IMG/VR virus record: IMGVR_UViG_3300020473_000002
Span: 1 to 51,063 of that record
DNA: 51,063 nt
Origin: a virus
Taxonomy: Duplodnaviria; Caudoviricetes
Reading direction: 5' to 3' (one strand)
Part shown: positions 1 to 9,454 of the stretch, in pieces
Numbering within the stretch: position 1 is the stretch's first letter
Layout: every line of letters starts with the position of its first letter
The notes under the pieces: model-generated
The model's database searches: none
Seen by the model: the letters and a program-made list of their open reading frames with translations, nothing else
Told to the model about the DNA's origin: nothing
Made by a program: the position numbers and the translations under genes

Positions 1-70
1 CTGCCTCAGCTTGTGCGGCTTTGTCTGCCTCAGCTTGTGCGGCTTTGTCTGCCTCAGCTTGTGCGGCTTT
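1..70. repeat. 24-bp tandem repeat CTGCCTCAGCTTGTGCGGCTTTGT (about 3 units)
   Basis: Directly visible; same unit at 50916-51063. Confidence 0.97.
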
Positions 71-91
71 TTTTTCGGCGGCTGTTGCCAT
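1..91 (-). CDS. 5' part of small virion-region protein with AEADKAAQ repeats (continues at the window end)
   Basis: ATG at 91 with GGAG SD; reads MATAAEKKAAQAEADKAAQAEAD...; the same repeat frame is open at 51063-50761. Confidence 0.8.
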   Translation of the reverse strand, partial: MATAAEKKAAQAEADKAAQAEADKAAQAEA

Positions 92-108
92 GATGTTTAC
101 TCCAAATT

Positions 109-136
109 TACCCCGCACTTAGGCGGGGTATTTTTG
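109..136 (-). terminator. Hairpin just after the major capsid gene
   Basis: TACCCCGC-acttag-GCGGGGTA; U-tract weak on the minus strand. Confidence 0.55.
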
Positions 137-155
137 TTTAAAGGCTAAGCGAGGC

Positions 156-1436
156 TTAGAATGAAATATCAGTACCCACAACCAAACCTTCAACATGGCG
201 AAAGCCAATGTCGTTTGATGTTACTAGGCGTAACACTGATTGGTTTGCAGAGTATGCCGAGATTAGATTGCCCGACGCGTCGTTGTAGGTTGCTTCACGA
301 CTAAAGTCGATTGTCATGTTTTCACCTTCACCGATGATCACATCGTTAAAGTCGGCAAAGTAGATTTCAGAGAACTTAGAATCTGCGGCCCCTAAGTTAA
401 CTGGGATGTTGGTTGTTTTGCCGATTGGGTAGCCTTTAAGCATACCTTGCGCCATTTCAGGGTAAACCTTATTGCCGTTACCATCACGCAGGCCATATAA
501 ATACATGGCGGTACGCGGTGATAAACCCCAGCCAGGGCTAACCATGGCTGAATCGCTTTGTTCAAGCTCTAGCACTAGGCTGTCTAGGTACATATCGACG
601 ACTAAAATGTCGGTTTTGTCGCCGGTAAATGCTTTGATACGGCCCGCATCTAAGGCGGTGGCGCGCATGCCTTTTGGTGTGTTGTTGGTGCCGTCGTCGC
701 GAATAAATGCTTTATCTTGACGGGTGGCGGTTGCTGCGAGCATATCGCGTAAGAAAATACCCTCTACGTTGCGACCCGCGCGGCCAATTAGTTCGTTAGA
801 AATTGGCACGATGGTCATTTGTGTTTTAGCCGACAATTTAACGTCGTCTAATGTTTGGCTTTCGGCATTACGTGAGGCGTTTTCGGCCTTGTAGCCTGAA
901 ATTGCACCGCCTGTATGGCGTGGGATCGTTAAGTTACCATTGACTAAAGGCACTGTGCTTGCGCCTAACATGCGCACTATGCTTTTAGGGCGTAGTAATT
1001 CGATAAAATCGTTACTTAGGTTTTCAGGAATTAACGCGCCGCCTGAACCTTCGGCCGTTGAAACTGCCATTGCAACGTCGTTATCACCTAGCTCCGTTTT
1101 AGCAAACTTAGCCGCGTCAGCTAAGTCGCCTTTAGCCGCCGCAATTGCCATACCAAAGCGTGCAATTTTAGCGCCAGGGTAATCGGCTGGGGCTGATTTA
1201 ACATGGATAGCGGGTGCTGAGGCGCTAACCACTGGCGTTGCTTCTTCAATTGCTAGCGCTTCGGCCGCTTTGGCACGATTTAGGCGCGCTTCGTGTTCGC
1301 CAAGCTCGGTTGTTAGCTTGTCGAACTGCGTTAACTGCTCTGCAGTTAGTTGGCCTTCTTTTGCCTCAGTCGCGGCAAGATCTTTAATTTGTTGGCGACG
1401 AGAGTTACACGCCTCAATTAACTGTTGGATAGTCAT
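156..1436 (-). CDS. Major capsid protein, HK97 fold
   Basis: N-terminal coiled-coil delta domain, GGALIPE motif, position after portal and protease. Confidence 0.95.
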   Translation of the reverse strand: MTIQQLIEACNSRRQQIKDLAATEAKEGQLTAEQLTQFDKLTTELGEHEARLNRAKAAEALAIEEATPVVSASAPAIHVKSAPADYPGAKIARFGMAIAAAKGDLADAAKFAKTELGDNDVAMAVSTAEGSGGALIPENLSNDFIELLRPKSIVRMLGASTVPLVNGNLTIPRHTGGAISGYKAENASRNAESQTLDDVKLSAKTQMTIVPISNELIGRAGRNVEGIFLRDMLAATATRQDKAFIRDDGTNNTPKGMRATALDAGRIKAFTGDKTDILVVDMYLDSLVLELEQSDSAMVSPGWGLSPRTAMYLYGLRDGNGNKVYPEMAQGMLKGYPIGKTTNIPVNLGAADSKFSEIYFADFNDVIIGEGENMTIDFSREATYNDASGNLISAYSANQSVLRLVTSNDIGFRHVEGLVVGTDISF

Positions 1437-1516
1437 AGTTTTATTACCTTTTTTTGCTATAAAAAAAGGCCGCTTATGCGACCTTTGTGGTGAACTCTGC
1501 CGCGTGGCAGGGAATT

Positions 1517-2452
1517 TTAAATACTTTGTGTAAGTGCAATTGCGGCGGCTTGGGCTTGTATACTGCGGCCGATTATTGGCGCGCTTGAACGTTGCACTGC
1601 GCTTTTTGCTATTTGGTTTATGGCGTCTTGCGGGGTGGCAAGGCGATCAGCGAGCTTTAAATCTATGGCGGCTTGACCGTCGTAGGTGTCGGCCTCGGTG
1701 GCAATGACTTGTTCGGTGCTCATTTCGCGGTACTTAACAATGGCCCCTACAAATTTTTGATAGGTTAGCTCTATGTTTTTTTCGGTGTGGGCGCGTTCTT
1801 CGTCGCTCATTTCTACATCTGGGTGAAAATACACCTTGGTGGCGCCACGGTGGAATGTATGTACTTTAAAACCGGCGTCGTCATATGCTTTGGTCATATC
1901 GAGGCGCTTTTGATAGACGCCAATAGACCCGACACCGGCGGTGTCTGAAATAATAATTTCGGTACACGCGGCGGCAATTAAATATGCACCTGAGTAGGCG
2001 TTAAAATTAATGATGGCGCGTATTGGTTTTACGCTGCGCGCTTGGTAGATAAATTCGGCACATTCAAACGCGGCTTGGGCTGTACCGCCGCCGCTGTTTA
2101 TGTCGAGTACGATTTCTAGCACTGATTCGTCGTTAAGGGCTTTTTGTAGCTGGCTGCGCAGTAATTCGTAGCTCATTACCTCTGCACATGTGTCTGTTAT
2201 GGTGCCGCGACGCGGTACGAGTATCCCATGCACAGGAATAACCACTAGGCGCTCGCCTTTTTCTGGATCGCCTAGTGGGATTGGGGCTACGTCTTGGGCG
2301 CTTATTTGCTCGTCGGTGCTGGTTTGGCCGTTGATTTGACCTAAAACACGCGGCGCTAAAAACGATTCGATTAGGTTTGCTAAGTGCGCGGTAGCTAATA
2401 ACGGCGTGTTAAAGGCCATTTCGGCAATGCGCGGGTAATTTATTTGCGGCAT
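1517..2452 (-). CDS. Prohead maturation protease, S49 family
   Basis: LDINSGGG, AYSGAYLIAA and GVGSIGV motifs. Confidence 0.92.
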   Translation of the reverse strand: MPQINYPRIAEMAFNTPLLATAHLANLIESFLAPRVLGQINGQTSTDEQISAQDVAPIPLGDPEKGERLVVIPVHGILVPRRGTITDTCAEVMSYELLRSQLQKALNDESVLEIVLDINSGGGTAQAAFECAEFIYQARSVKPIRAIINFNAYSGAYLIAAACTEIIISDTAGVGSIGVYQKRLDMTKAYDDAGFKVHTFHRGATKVYFHPDVEMSDEERAHTEKNIELTYQKFVGAIVKYREMSTEQVIATEADTYDGQAAIDLKLADRLATPQDAINQIAKSAVQRSSAPIIGRSIQAQAAAIALTQSI

Positions 2453-3705
2453 AGTATCTCAATCTCTTTTAGTTGCTCGGGTGTGGCGTGGTTTAGCTGC
2501 TCATGTATGCTTTGGTTTTTTGTATCGACCATGTTTAGCGGTGTTAGGTACACGTTGCCGCCCTCGACTGGCGGTAAATTTTCTAGGCGGCGTATGTCGT
2601 TAAGTGATAACCAGCCCCATTGACGCGCGATTGCGTAGGCGTCGTAGCGGGTTTTTATATCGCCACGTATTAAGCCGCTAAAGTTGAACTCGATAAAATA
2701 CTTTTTACGCTCGTTTGGCTGTAGCAAGTCGCGGTGCATGGCGCTTTCCCAACGCCTGATCCACGGCATTAGGGCAAACGTTAAGTAATTTAAGGTGTTT
2801 TGCTCTACTGATTTATACGACTCGCCCGCCGTTTCGTTAAGTAGCGCAAGTGGGATGCCGTATAAACGGCTTATGTCGGCCACTGATAATTTACGCGACT
2901 CGATTAACTGAGCTTGTTCGTGGGTCATGGCCATTTGTTTGTAGTCCATGCCTTCTTGCAGCATGGCTACGCCAAATTTATTGCGTAAACCACTGTGACG
3001 ATTTTTAAACGAGTCTACTATGTTGTTAATGGCATCTTGGCCGATAGTGCCTGAATCTCTAGGGCGGGTAATTACGCCGCTAATTACTGCGCCGTTGCTG
3101 TGTGAACTGGCGGCGTGTTCGTCTACAGCTAACGCTAAACCGATTGTGTCGGTGTTGGTTTGCAGTGGTGATAAACCTTGATAGCCGTCTGTGCTAAACC
3201 CTTTTACATGGTGTATGTCGCGCATGGTTAGCACTTTGTTATCCCATTCAGGGATTTGATAGTACGGCAGCCCGTTGCTGCCTTTTAATATGACTACTTT
3301 GTCGCGATGGATGGGGATCAGCTCTTTAATTGAGTGGTTTTTGTTTCGCTCAATTATGGCTAGGTGGTTGCCGTTTAACCCTAAGAACCCTTGGCCGCTT
3401 TCAAAGTATTCAAAGGCGCTATCTTTTTGGTTTGGCTGGTACTTAAGTAAATCTGATAGTGGGTGCTCGGGGGCTTTTTTGCGTTCTTCACCTTCGCGTT
3501 TATATACGTCGCAAGGCATTTGGGCTATTGATTCTGCGAGTAACTTTACTGAGCGAGCAACGGCGGCTTGGCTTAGGGCGGTTTCTTGCGTGATCATTAC
3601 ACCTGATTTTGATTGGCGTTGGCTCCCAAAACCTACACCGCCTGAAAAATCGACGTTATTACTACTGCCTGCGTTAGCTGGGGTAAAAAGTCCTGACGTA
3701 AACAT
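2440..3705 (-). CDS. Portal protein, HK97 family
   Basis: IHHVKGFSTDGYQGLSP, YKSVEQ and NDIRRLENLPP motifs. Confidence 0.95.
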   Translation of the reverse strand: MFTSGLFTPANAGSSNNVDFSGGVGFGSQRQSKSGVMITQETALSQAAVARSVKLLAESIAQMPCDVYKREGEERKKAPEHPLSDLLKYQPNQKDSAFEYFESGQGFLGLNGNHLAIIERNKNHSIKELIPIHRDKVVILKGSNGLPYYQIPEWDNKVLTMRDIHHVKGFSTDGYQGLSPLQTNTDTIGLALAVDEHAASSHSNGAVISGVITRPRDSGTIGQDAINNIVDSFKNRHSGLRNKFGVAMLQEGMDYKQMAMTHEQAQLIESRKLSVADISRLYGIPLALLNETAGESYKSVEQNTLNYLTFALMPWIRRWESAMHRDLLQPNERKKYFIEFNFSGLIRGDIKTRYDAYAIARQWGWLSLNDIRRLENLPPVEGGNVYLTPLNMVDTKNQSIHEQLNHATPEQLKEIEILCRK

Positions 3706-3890
3706 TATTTTTTACCCTTAGTTTTTTGGTATTCGGCGTATGCGTTTGATCGGGCCATAAGTAATGACCAAATAATTAAGAATGCGCCTAGGGTTATGTA
3801 ACCCAGTGGCGGTGAAAACAACCATGCACCGTAGGCCAGTAGGGCAATACCTATTAAGCCGATTAGGGCGCTTATTATGTCTTTTAGCAT
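3705..3890 (-). CDS. Small two-TM protein between terL and portal
   Basis: Two hydrophobic segments; overlaps both neighbouring genes. Confidence 0.75.
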   Translation of the reverse strand: MLKDIISALIGLIGIALLAYGAWLFSPPLGYITLGAFLIIWSLLMARSNAYAEYQKTKGKK

Positions 3891-5596
3891 CCCACTTCCC
3901 CTGATTCGTATATTGATGGTGTTGCAACGGGTTCGCGCATTTGCAACATTGCCTCGCCTATTGCCATGATAAGCGCTACCGCGCCATCTATTTTATTGAT
4001 GTCTCTTTGCTTTACTGGCCGCACTACGTCGTCGTTGCCTTGTAGGTATTTGCCAATTACGTTTGACATTTGCCAGGTCATTATTGCGTTGCCGTCGTGG
4101 TGAAAACGCCCTGAGTTTATTGCGGCCTCCAACTCTTTCATTGGGTCTGAAAGGTTGGTGAAGTTTTGTTGTACTGTTAAAACATTTAACCCTTCATCCA
4201 TTAGGTTGTGCCCTAAGTTCCCCGCACCGTGCGGATCGATTGGTATTGCGGTGCTTGGGGTTTCTAGGTGGCTTTCGAGTACATCGGCTAGTATGTCGCG
4301 GTAGTCGATTTCGGCCCCGTCGGATACGCTGAGCAAACCTTGATTTAAGTATCGTTGGTATTGCTCTTGTATCTGTTTGTTATCGTTATTGAATACTTGC
4401 TCGTAAGGCACCCAAAACTTAGGGGCGATACAGTACCAGTGCGTTTTGCCGTCAATGTCTTTCCAAAATATGCGGGCCTTTGCCGTCATATCAATTTTAC
4501 GGGCTAAATCCAGCGCTTGTACGCATTCAGTGCCTCTAAAGTCCTCTATTTTTAAACTGGTATCTTCGCAGGCGTTGTATTTTTCCATGTTGAAAAAGGC
4601 GCTTTTTGCGCTGGCCCACATGTTTAAATGCTTGGTTTTAAATATGTTGGTAAAGCGTGGGCTGTTAATTGCTTTTTGCTGCTGCGCCAGTAAAAAATCT
4701 GCTTTTACACTTATGCCGTAATTGGGATTGGCTTTAATTAATACGGCGGGGTCTGTCCAGTCGTCGCCCTCGTCAACACCGTAAAGCAGTGCGAAAAGGT
4801 GGTCGTCTTGCGTACCATTTAACATGGCTTTGCAACGTAGCTCTAAATCATAACAAGGGCTATCAAGGTTTGTGCCTGCTGTTGTTATGGTTAAGATCAT
4901 GGGCTGTTCGCGTGAACCCATACCTGTATCGAATGTGTCGTACTGCTCGCTTGTTGGCTGTTCGTGGTATTCGTCAACGATTGCTATGTGCGGTGAACTA
5001 CCATCGCCAGGTTGGCCAATTACTGGCTCGAATACTGAGCCGTCACTACGTGTTAATTTTTTTGCGTGTACTTGTAAGCCAAATCGTTTGCGCAGGGGTG
5101 GCAGCTTATCAACCATAAGTTTTGCGGGTTTAAATACTTCCCACGCTTGTTTTTCGTTTGTTGCTCCGCAATAAACCTCGCTACCGTATTCTTGATCAGC
5201 ACATAAGCCAAACACACCCACACCGGCTGCAATAATTGATTTACCATTTTTACGCGGTACTTTTAGCATTACCTCGCGAAAGCGGCGCTTACCTGTTTTT
5301 TTTACTACCCAACCAAATGACGCTGCGAAAAAAAACAACTGCCATGGTTCTAGCGTTATACGTAATTTACGACGCGCCCACTCACCTTTGGTGTGCGGCA
5401 TTTTTTGTATAAACGTACAAATGCGCTCGGCTTTGGCTTTATCAAATCTAAATTTAAAGTTGGGGTCTTTTTCTTTTGCTAGCTCGTCTAAGTGACGTTG
5501 GCAAGCTTGTATTACTTGGCGGCAATTTGGGATTTTACCCGCCACAACATCACGGGCATATTTATTTGCCGCATTAACGTTGGGGTAAGTGGCCAT
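3884..5596 (-). CDS. terL: Terminase large subunit
   Basis: LEPWQ, Walker A VPRKNGKS, Walker B IVDEYHE, ITTAG and KIDGAVA motifs. Confidence 0.97.
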   Translation of the reverse strand: MATYPNVNAANKYARDVVAGKIPNCRQVIQACQRHLDELAKEKDPNFKFRFDKAKAERICTFIQKMPHTKGEWARRKLRITLEPWQLFFFAASFGWVVKKTGKRRFREVMLKVPRKNGKSIIAAGVGVFGLCADQEYGSEVYCGATNEKQAWEVFKPAKLMVDKLPPLRKRFGLQVHAKKLTRSDGSVFEPVIGQPGDGSSPHIAIVDEYHEQPTSEQYDTFDTGMGSREQPMILTITTAGTNLDSPCYDLELRCKAMLNGTQDDHLFALLYGVDEGDDWTDPAVLIKANPNYGISVKADFLLAQQQKAINSPRFTNIFKTKHLNMWASAKSAFFNMEKYNACEDTSLKIEDFRGTECVQALDLARKIDMTAKARIFWKDIDGKTHWYCIAPKFWVPYEQVFNNDNKQIQEQYQRYLNQGLLSVSDGAEIDYRDILADVLESHLETPSTAIPIDPHGAGNLGHNLMDEGLNVLTVQQNFTNLSDPMKELEAAINSGRFHHDGNAIMTWQMSNVIGKYLQGNDDVVRPVKQRDINKIDGAVALIMAIGEAMLQMREPVATPSIYESGEVGC

Positions 5597-5599
5597 TTT

Positions 5600-6043
5600 T
5601 TAAAACTCTTTAAAATCGTCGTCCTCTTCGTCCTTATCACTCTTACCACCGCTCAACATTCTGGCGCGGGCCATGGGTGATAAGCCAAGCTGATTAGCTA
5701 ACCTTATTGATTGATTTACGATTAGGTTATGCGCGGTTACGTGCGGGTGTAACTTAAGACTGCCTGTGTTTGACACATCAGTGAAATTTGCAATGTCGGT
5801 TAATTGGGCCTCAAGCTTTATAATTTTGCTTATCGCATTACAGTAATTTATTAAATGCGGAATATCCTCAGCGGCAAACGATTGGCGCTCAAACATAATT
5901 GCTAAATTTGAGTGCCATGCGTCTATTGCATGATCATCGGCAAGCAATTCTTTTGGGCAATTTGGTTTTCTTGAAATTGAGCTATCACCAACCGTTAAAC
6001 CGTTGGCGATTTTGCCAGCGCCAGGCGCGCGTGTTTGGGCCAT
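5600..6043 (-). CDS. terS: Terminase small subunit, P27-like
   Basis: Directly upstream of terL; KLHP...LGLSPMARAR motif. Confidence 0.9.
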   Translation of the reverse strand: MAQTRAPGAGKIANGLTVGDSSISRKPNCPKELLADDHAIDAWHSNLAIMFERQSFAAEDIPHLINYCNAISKIIKLEAQLTDIANFTDVSNTGSLKLHPHVTAHNLIVNQSIRLANQLGLSPMARARMLSGGKSDKDEEDDDFKEF

Positions 6044-6099
6044 TTTGAACCTGCAACAAATGTTAATTTGATGATCGGTAAAAGATCATAGATTGATCA

Positions 6100-6190
6100 A
6101 ATTTCAATTCTTATTATTTGCGTGTAAAAATTTGACTGGATGGCGGTACTGTAGAATGGGCTTTCTATAGACAAAAAAGACCCCCCTACC
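6100..6190. other. Candidate cos/packaging region
   Basis: Non-coding gap between HNH and terS, the usual cos position in HK97-like phages; exact cut site not determinable. Confidence 0.5.
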
Positions 6191-6611
6191 TATGCAAATT
6201 TAGATTTATTGCGGTGTGCGCGTATTTTTCTAGTATTTGAGAAACCGTTTTGTTTCTTTCCCAACCTGTTTTAGTTTTTGCACAAGAATCACAGAAGAAT
6301 GAAAGGTTTGCTAACTGTTCCGTGCCACCTTTTGCAACCGGTACAATGTGCTCACAGATAGAGCCTGATTTAACAATCGGCTTAGCTTTGGTTAAGCAGT
6401 TAATGCATAAACATTTGGCCAAACTCTTTACGTGTTCGCGAGTCTTTACCCATCGGGCGGTCTGGTAAACGCGCTTACCTTTGCGGCGGTGTTGCTGCTG
6501 GTACTTACCCCAACTCGCGTTAGATGCGTGAGCATCGCAATAGCCGTGGCGTTCTGTTGTTGTTCTTCCGCAATTGCGCTCGCGGCAACGCTTAGGTGTA
6601 GCATACGCCAT
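6186..6611 (-). CDS. HNH endonuclease (terminase-associated)
   Basis: CxxC...EHIVPVAKGG...NL...CxxC. Confidence 0.9.
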   Translation of the reverse strand: MAYATPKRCRERNCGRTTTERHGYCDAHASNASWGKYQQQHRRKGKRVYQTARWVKTREHVKSLAKCLCINCLTKAKPIVKSGSICEHIVPVAKGGTEQLANLSFFCDSCAKTKTGWERNKTVSQILEKYAHTAINLNLHR

Positions 6612-6671
6612 AAGTATTCCTTATATATTTAATAAGTATTTAAGTAATACATATTAAATATATATTGAGTA

Positions 6672-6692
6672 CACCGCCGTTGCGGGCGGTGT
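6672..6692. terminator. GC-rich hairpin after the lysis cassette
   Basis: CACCGCC-gttgcg-GGCGGTG; no clear U-tract. Confidence 0.4.
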
Positions 6693-6697
6693 GCTAA

Positions 6698-6982
6698 TTA
6701 CTTTTTGTTTAACTGCTCTAACGCTCTTATTCTTTGATTGTATAGCGCCATATCTGTTTCGATACGTGAGCGCCACACTGCAGAGTCAGTAAATTTATTC
6801 TGCAAGTCTTTCAATATAATTGACTGACTAGCCAACCGTTCTTCAATACGTGCGTACTGCAATTGGTTTTGGTTAACAGTCAAACCAACCCAGCTAAGCA
6901 CCCCAATAATAACGGCGGTCAGTGCGGCCATGCACATTTTTTCAAATGCTAACGATCTGCGCTCTACTTGGTTATTACTCAT
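6698..6982 (-). CDS. Single-TM coiled-coil protein in the lysis cassette
   Basis: One hydrophobic helix followed by a coiled coil; overlaps the spanin gene. Confidence 0.7.
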   Translation of the reverse strand: MSNNQVERRSLAFEKMCMAALTAVIIGVLSWVGLTVNQNQLQYARIEERLASQSIILKDLQNKFTDSAVWRSRIETDMALYNQRIRALEQLNKK

Positions 6983-7247
6983 GCTTGGCCCGCCACTTCC
7001 TAAGTGCTGCTTTATCCACAGTACAAAGTACGTTTTGATTATGTGATTTAACAGCGAACGTTAACAGCTCGCGGTTAGTGGTTATATCTGATTGCTTAAC
7101 ACTGCAATCGTTAAGGAGGTATGCCGGAGGTAACACCGGCACTTGCTTTGTTATTGTTATTATCTTGGTTTCGGGTGGCGTCGTATAGCACCCGCCTAAC
7201 ATCATCAGGCAAAGCAGTATTGCCCCAATCTTTATTAACCTGCTCAT
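6975..7247 (-). CDS. Outer-membrane spanin (Rz1-like lipoprotein)
   Basis: Lipobox LGGC, Pro-rich, overlaps the i-spanin 3' end. Confidence 0.85.
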   Translation of the reverse strand: MSRLIKIGAILLCLMMLGGCYTTPPETKIITITKQVPVLPPAYLLNDCSVKQSDITTNRELLTFAVKSHNQNVLCTVDKAALRKWRAKHE

Positions 7248-7557
7248 AAATGAACACCTCTTTTAGCTTAGTTTGCACAACGGTTTGTTGTTCGTTCACA
7301 GTATTAAGCGTTGCCAGGTGTTCGTTAAACATTTGCTCTTGTAGCTTATTGTTAGCAATTAGCTTTAGTTTATCCGCTTCACTGCTTTGTAATTCACCGC
7401 CCAGCTTTTCTATGCTCGTATTTAAGCGCTTGTTCTCGGCTGCTAATTTGGTGCTTAACTCAATAGCATTGTTATATTTATTAACCACAACATAACCACC
7501 AACCGTTATGGCTAAGGCTACCGCTGCAAGTAACGCTGATTTATTTAGTGATAACAT
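7111..7557 (-). CDS. Inner-membrane spanin (Rz-like)
   Basis: N-terminal TM, coiled coil, WGNTALPDDV motif. Confidence 0.85.
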   Translation of the reverse strand: MLSLNKSALLAAVALAITVGGYVVVNKYNNAIELSTKLAAENKRLNTSIEKLGGELQSSEADKLKLIANNKLQEQMFNEHLATLNTVNEQQTVVQTKLKEVFIYEQVNKDWGNTALPDDVRRVLYDATRNQDNNNNKASAGVTSGIPP

Positions 7558-8129
7558 GGCAACCTCGCCTTAATTTGTAATTGATAACGCCTAATGTGCT
7601 GCACATATTCAATTGTTTCTCTCGAATAGTGACCCGTCACATCGGGTAAGTATTGGATTATATGAGGGTAAAGAACCTCGCCGCCGCTAAGCTTTTGCGC
7701 CTTAAGGCAATTGCCTGCCCCTGCGTTGTAATTACATAGCGCTAAGTTTTCGCGGTCATACTCTGGCCGAGGGCTCGACCAAAAAGAATATTGCTGCTGC
7801 ATATAGCGAGCCGCAACTAAAATAGATAAATCAGCATCAAACGGGGAGCCAGCCAAACCGAGCTTGGCGGTTTGTTCTTCCCACGTTGCAGGCATAAACT
7901 GCGCTATACCAGCGGCACCAACGGGGCTAACTGCATCAACTTTAAAGCGCGACTCTTGCCAAAGCTGCGCCTTTAATAAATCAGGGTCACGGCCCGCACT
8001 AAATCGCTTAACCGCGCTTTTTATTTGCGCATCATAATTACAGCTAAGAGATAACGAGGCCGAATAGCAAGGCAGCGCCAATAAGCTGCAGGCCGTATAA
8101 AACAGATAACGAGCGATAATCTTTAGCAC
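7545..8129 (-). CDS. Endolysin, SLT lytic transglycosylase with N-terminal signal-like segment
   Basis: QESRF catalytic Glu, AVSPVGAAGIAQFMP, YNAG and ETIEYV motifs. Confidence 0.92.
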   Translation of the reverse strand: MLKIIARYLFYTACSLLALPCYSASLSLSCNYDAQIKSAVKRFSAGRDPDLLKAQLWQESRFKVDAVSPVGAAGIAQFMPATWEEQTAKLGLAGSPFDADLSILVAARYMQQQYSFWSSPRPEYDRENLALCNYNAGAGNCLKAQKLSGGEVLYPHIIQYLPDVTGHYSRETIEYVQHIRRYQLQIKARLPCYH

Positions 8130-8274
8130 GGCGGCAATCCTTCACAAGCTGATCAAGCGTATAACCCGCGCGCGAATTAAAATACCGCAGCGCTACACGC
8201 AATAACACATAAGCCATAATGGCCAAAAACAAGTTGTAACCTGCACCACTTAAAAACGTATAAAACGCACTCAT
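8044..8274 (-). CDS. Putative holin
   Basis: 76 aa, two TM helices, directly upstream of the endolysin. Confidence 0.65.
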   Translation of the reverse strand: MSAFYTFLSGAGYNLFLAIMAYVLLRVALRYFNSRAGYTLDQLVKDCRRAKDYRSLSVLYGLQLIGAALLFGLVIS

Positions 8275-8708
8275 TATTCACCACCGCATTCAAACTGTTC
8301 GGCAATTTCTTTGTATATGCCGCTATTACTAATCGACAACACACACTCAGCCGCGTGATCAAAGTCACCGTAATTAAGTACATGCACTAAAATTCTATTA
8401 CGGCCAAAGTTGGTTAACCCCAACATATACACCAAGGCTAAAATGGCACGTTGGCGAGGCATCGACCACTGGGTAAAATCAACATAGGCCATTAGCGGGT
8501 CGTAAATATCTAAAATATCACTCGCCAATAAATTAATGGCTTCATCCTCACTCATTGGCTGGTAATCAAAATTACGCTGCAAGTAATCAGGCAAAGGCTT
8601 TTTATTAATATCGTGACCATAACCAATTAAACGTTGGTTATGCTTTGTTTTGCACACCAATGCGGTAAAAGCCACATGGCGTTTTAATTGTTCAATTAAA
8701 TTCATCAT
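8274..8708 (-). CDS. GH24 (phage lysozyme)-like protein, apparently lacking catalytic residues
   Basis: MNLIEQLKRH..IGYGH..EDEAINLL..RQRAILALVYMLG pattern; start likely at 8708 or 8705 because the longer ORF start overlaps a terminator. Confidence 0.7.
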   Translation of the reverse strand: MMNLIEQLKRHVAFTALVCKTKHNQRLIGYGHDINKKPLPDYLQRNFDYQPMSEDEAINLLASDILDIYDPLMAYVDFTQWSMPRQRAILALVYMLGLTNFGRNRILVHVLNYGDFDHAAECVLSISNSGIYKEIAEQFECGGE

Positions 8709-8731
8709 TGGAGGCTTTTTATTTGAGGCAT

Positions 8732-8763
8732 AAAAAAAGCCCAACCAAAAAAAGGTTGGGCTT
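8732..8763 (-). terminator. Intrinsic terminator upstream of the lysis/late operon (tR'-like)
   Basis: AGCCCAACC-N7-GGTTGGGCT followed by a T-run on the minus strand. Confidence 0.8.
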
Positions 8764-8835
8764 ACACAAGTACATGCAATCTGGGATTTAGTTGTAAACC
8801 GGTTGCTTATTTACAGCTTTGCCACCGTGACAAAA

Positions 8836-8864
8836 ACAATACATTTTTATGCCAAACTTGTAAA
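8836..8864 (-). promoter_or_regulatory. Candidate late promoter (pR'-like)
   Basis: TTTACA-17bp-TATTGT; an operator at 8863-8877 overlaps the -35. Confidence 0.6.
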
Positions 8865-8970
8865 CACAATTTGTGTAATTACTTTAACAAAAACACAAAT
8901 TATGTTTTATCTCACACAAAAAAAGGGCAATAACGCACAATAGCCTTTACTACACTGCAAGTGTGACCCG

Positions 8971-9249
8971 TCACAGCTTCAAGTTACCCGCTTGGCTTGG
9001 GTCTGCTAACTGGCTTTCTAAGCGCTCTTTATCACGGCGTATTAATGTACTTATGTATTCATCAACACTGTAAGGCTCTTTACCCTCACCTGCGCGCATT
9101 TGGCATAACATAGCCAATGTTTCACGCTCAGATTCAGATAAACTTACCTCAACACGCTTAATATTAAACTTAGCTCGGCGCGCACGGCTTTTGCGTTTGC
9201 GCTCGGCCGCATCGGCGCGCCTTTCTTCTGGTGTTTTTTTAGCAGCCAC
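8971..9249 (-). CDS. Small basic, probable ribbon-helix-helix DNA-binding protein
   Basis: AERKRKSRAR followed by RVEVSLSESERETL..SVDEYISTLIRRD. Confidence 0.6.
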   Translation of the reverse strand: MAAKKTPEERRADAAERKRKSRARRAKFNIKRVEVSLSESERETLAMLCQMRAGEGKEPYSVDEYISTLIRRDKERLESQLADPSQAGNLKL

Positions 9250-9454
9250 TTATCACCCCCATTTCACAAAGCAACCCAGCAAGGGCGTAAAAAAAACACA
9301 TGGCCAACCAAAACAAATGCTATTAAAAACCCTGCAGCACATAACAACGTCATGCAAAGGGGTGGCTCATTGTCATTATCTTTTACTGTTACTTTATCAT
9401 TACCTTTTTGCTGATAGTAACGCACATGCGCGCGGCGCTTTGGGTCACTGCTCA

